NCBI GenBank assembly: GCA_001949185.1
Contig: BDGG01000002.1
Location: forward strand, 2,787,826 to 2,851,825
Length of the DNA stretch: 64,000 nt
Source of the DNA: Ramazzottius varieornatus
Lineage: Eukaryota > Animalia > Tardigrada
Reading direction: 5' to 3'
Part shown: positions 61,910-64,000 of the stretch, in pieces
Layout of the letters: every line of letters begins with the position of its first letter
Position numbering within the stretch: position 1 is the first letter of the stretch
The notes under the pieces: generated by a model
Seen by the model: the letters and a program-made list of their open reading frames with translations, nothing else
Databases searched by the model: none
What the model was told of the DNA's origin: nothing
Position numbers and translations under genes: made by a program

Positions 61910-62831
61910 ATGTCCGTGAACCTTCAGTCCTCTTCTCTTCCTCATCTACACCTGATCTTTGCGATGTTTTTGTCCGTAATGGTACTACGAGATTCTAGAG
62001 TGGAAGCTTTGGGACCCTTCAACACCCTGCTCAATTTCCGTGAACGTCATACCAGGACGCCGCCGACGACCACTGAGCAACCTACGCCTACTACATCGGT
62101 CAGGTACACAGCTGTTGGAGGCCCAAGTCCTACTCGGCCATTCAAGCTCATCGCCACGTCAAGTCCAATTCCCACTCCGCCGTTCAAAGTGGTCTCTCAG
62201 CCCGGAAGTCGACCTGCGTTCTTGAGACTGCAAAACCTTCGTGGACTGATGGCTTCAAGTCACGGAAATCGAGTTCGACACTACTTCCAGGTGCAAACCA
62301 AAACCATTAAAACGCCCATTCGTGCTACTGAAAGTTTTGTTTACTCTTACCCGCAAAGTAAGATGTGAATGGGAGGTCATGAAAATATATATGATAAAAC
62401 GACCTTCAGGCGGCGCACGTTACCTGATATTATGGTTAGTGGCTGGAGGTGTGCGCCACTTGAGGAAGCGATCTGGTTCAAACCTTTACCCGTGTCCCAA
62501 ACAATTTTACTAAGTTTACAGAATTTTAATTTTCCGGTTGTCCCAGATGTCGAAAGCCCCCGGGAAACGAAGTGTCATGACGGATATTCCACCATGGGTC
62601 AAGTGGGTGATGGCTCTTAAGGCACAAGAACGAAGCACCCGATCTCGGGAAATCGCCCCTTCCGAAACCATCATCGGCGAGGAAGACGCTCGTACAATTC
62701 GAGAGATTCGCGCACTTGAAAGGGCAAGCATGGGCACCGATCAGACACCCAGGAACCACCATGTTGCCTGCTTCTTCAACCCTGTTTCTTGCTTCGGACA
62801 AGCAGCTTTCCGTGAACGGGAACCGAATTAA
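61910..62831 (+). CDS. Allatostatin-C/somatostatin-family neuropeptide precursor (probable exons 61910-62290, 62547-62831)
   Basis: Signal-like LHLIFAMFLSVMVL; phase-0 join RHYFQ|MSKAPGKR; C-terminal R-NHHVACFFNPVSCF with the C-x6-C P(I/V)SCF hallmark. Confidence 0.78.
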
Positions 62832-63184
62832 TCTAATTAAGCATCAGCATGCTTCAATCCTCGTTTTGCACCCATCCAACCCTGCGCACTTCCGGTCCAC
62901 GTAAAGTTTCTTTGATTCTTTCTCAGTTTGTTCGTCCCACAAAGAGTGGAACCGAACCTTTTTCCAAGGAATCTTCAAAGGTCGTCAAGGTTTTTTGCTA
63001 TGGTTTAAGTACACGTACAGTAATTGCACTACACGCCCCGGATTTCCACATACACGTGTACCATTGTGTCGAACAGTGAACACCGATGTGGAGAATATTA
63101 TGTATCAAACTTGTCTTTTTTGTGAAGTCGCCAGCCACACCCTAGAGTTCTTCCTCCATTTGAACCTTATCGTATGAAACGTCA

Positions 63185-63560
63185 CTAGCTTTTGGGGATC
63201 GAGCTGCGTGTCGAGGGCTTCCTCATTGGCTTACTAAATTGGAATTCATACTGGATCTCGTCGGTTGTTTTCCTTTTTGTTTCAATCACGCAGCTTCGCG
63301 TGAAGATTACGGTTAATATCATGCATTCTGCATAGACCCCAAAAGAGCACTCGCCCATATCTGCTTACAAAATAACCATAAACTTCAAGTCGCGCGTTAA
63401 CGCTGCGCGGTAGGATTTCGAAGTAAGAATGGTTTACCTGCAACGTAAGGGAATATGAACGCAATGGTCAAGCTACATTTCAAAGGATTCCGCCATGTAG
63501 AAAAACCCCAACACGCCTGCTGTAACGAGTGCAACGATCGCATTCCACCCAAAGGTGCCT
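63185..63560 (-). pseudogene. Decayed partial duplicate of the sugar transporter 3' end
   Basis: IFTRSCVIETKRKTTDEIQYEFQFSKPMRKPS*; nucleotide direct repeat of 63870-64000. Confidence 0.6.
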
Positions 63561-63833
63561 TATCTAGAACGATGCAGGGTTTCACCCATGCCTCAAGATG
63601 CAATGTGGATGGTACCAAGACGTCAGTAATTACCGGACCAGTTTATCTGCCAAAATGTTGGTGGACAACAAAGACGACAAAGAACAATAGTGCGAAAGTT
63701 TCGCTCGTTATCGGAAAAGATAGCCTAATCGGCGTAATTTTATGTGTAATCCGTTCGTAACAAAATGCCGGTGACTAATAGCCTTCCGTCCAACAGAATT
63801 CGGACACGCTAGCAAGATTAACCGGCTCTATCT

Positions 63834-64000
63834 TCAAAGTTTATCTTCCAACTGCACTTTGTCGTAGGAAATGTCGCCAGCTTTGGAAAACGAACTGGGT
63901 CTCGAGGGCTTCCTCATCGGCTTGCCATGTTGAAGTTCATACTGGATCTCTTCTGTCGTTTTGCCTTTAGTCTCAATGATGCAGGTCTGCGTGAAGATCG
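63834..64000 (-). CDS. C-terminal end of an MFS sugar porter (GLUT/Tret1-like), gene continues beyond the window
   Basis: IFTQTCIIETKGKTTEEIQYELQ...EDKL*; ETKG.T.EEI is the sugar-porter C-terminal motif. Confidence 0.7.
   Translation of the reverse strand, partial: IFTQTCIIETKGKTTEEIQYELQHGKPMRKPSRPSSFSKAGDISYDKVQLEDKL

Noticed and set aside
23510-62495. Short repeats with variable spacers considered as CRISPR-like
   Set aside because: They are dispersed inverted repeats in a eukaryotic genome, not a tandem direct-repeat array, and there are no cas genes.

Overview
Eukaryotic (animal) genomic DNA from a compact, intron-rich genome with short GT-AG introns and one assembly gap (N run 17942-17991). 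An ecdysozoan such as a tardigrade is my guess from gene content and intron size, not something I can prove. Recognisable host genes: Pin1 (-), PRCC (+), histidine decarboxylase (+), a DHRS1-like SDR pseudogene (-), two tandem signal peptide-CUB-NAAA/acid ceramidase-like genes (+), RalBP1/RLIP76 (-), a survivin-like BIR gene (+), an allatostatin-C/somatostatin-family precursor (+), and the 3' end of an MFS sugar transporter (-). There are also two orphan spliced genes and a GPCR relic. Transposons are dense: two decayed APE-RT LINEs plus a truncated copy, a Tc4/Tc5-type element and a non-autonomous relative (TNA duplication in CTNAG), a PIF/Harbinger relic, a possible KDZ relic, several hAT MITE families with 8-bp TSDs, and small foldback elements. 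Two things stand out. First, a 6.6-kb hAT element (26312-32912, TIRs plus 8-bp TSD) carries cargo: an open SGNH-hydrolase-like ORF, a cluster of GCGAAAGC-type hairpins, and an intron-containing histone H2A with a long C-tail. Second, the CUB-fused NAAA-like amidase pair has one paralogue ending in a GPI-signal-like tail and the other ending without it. Exon structures were read by eye from splice sites and reading frames; no searches were run.
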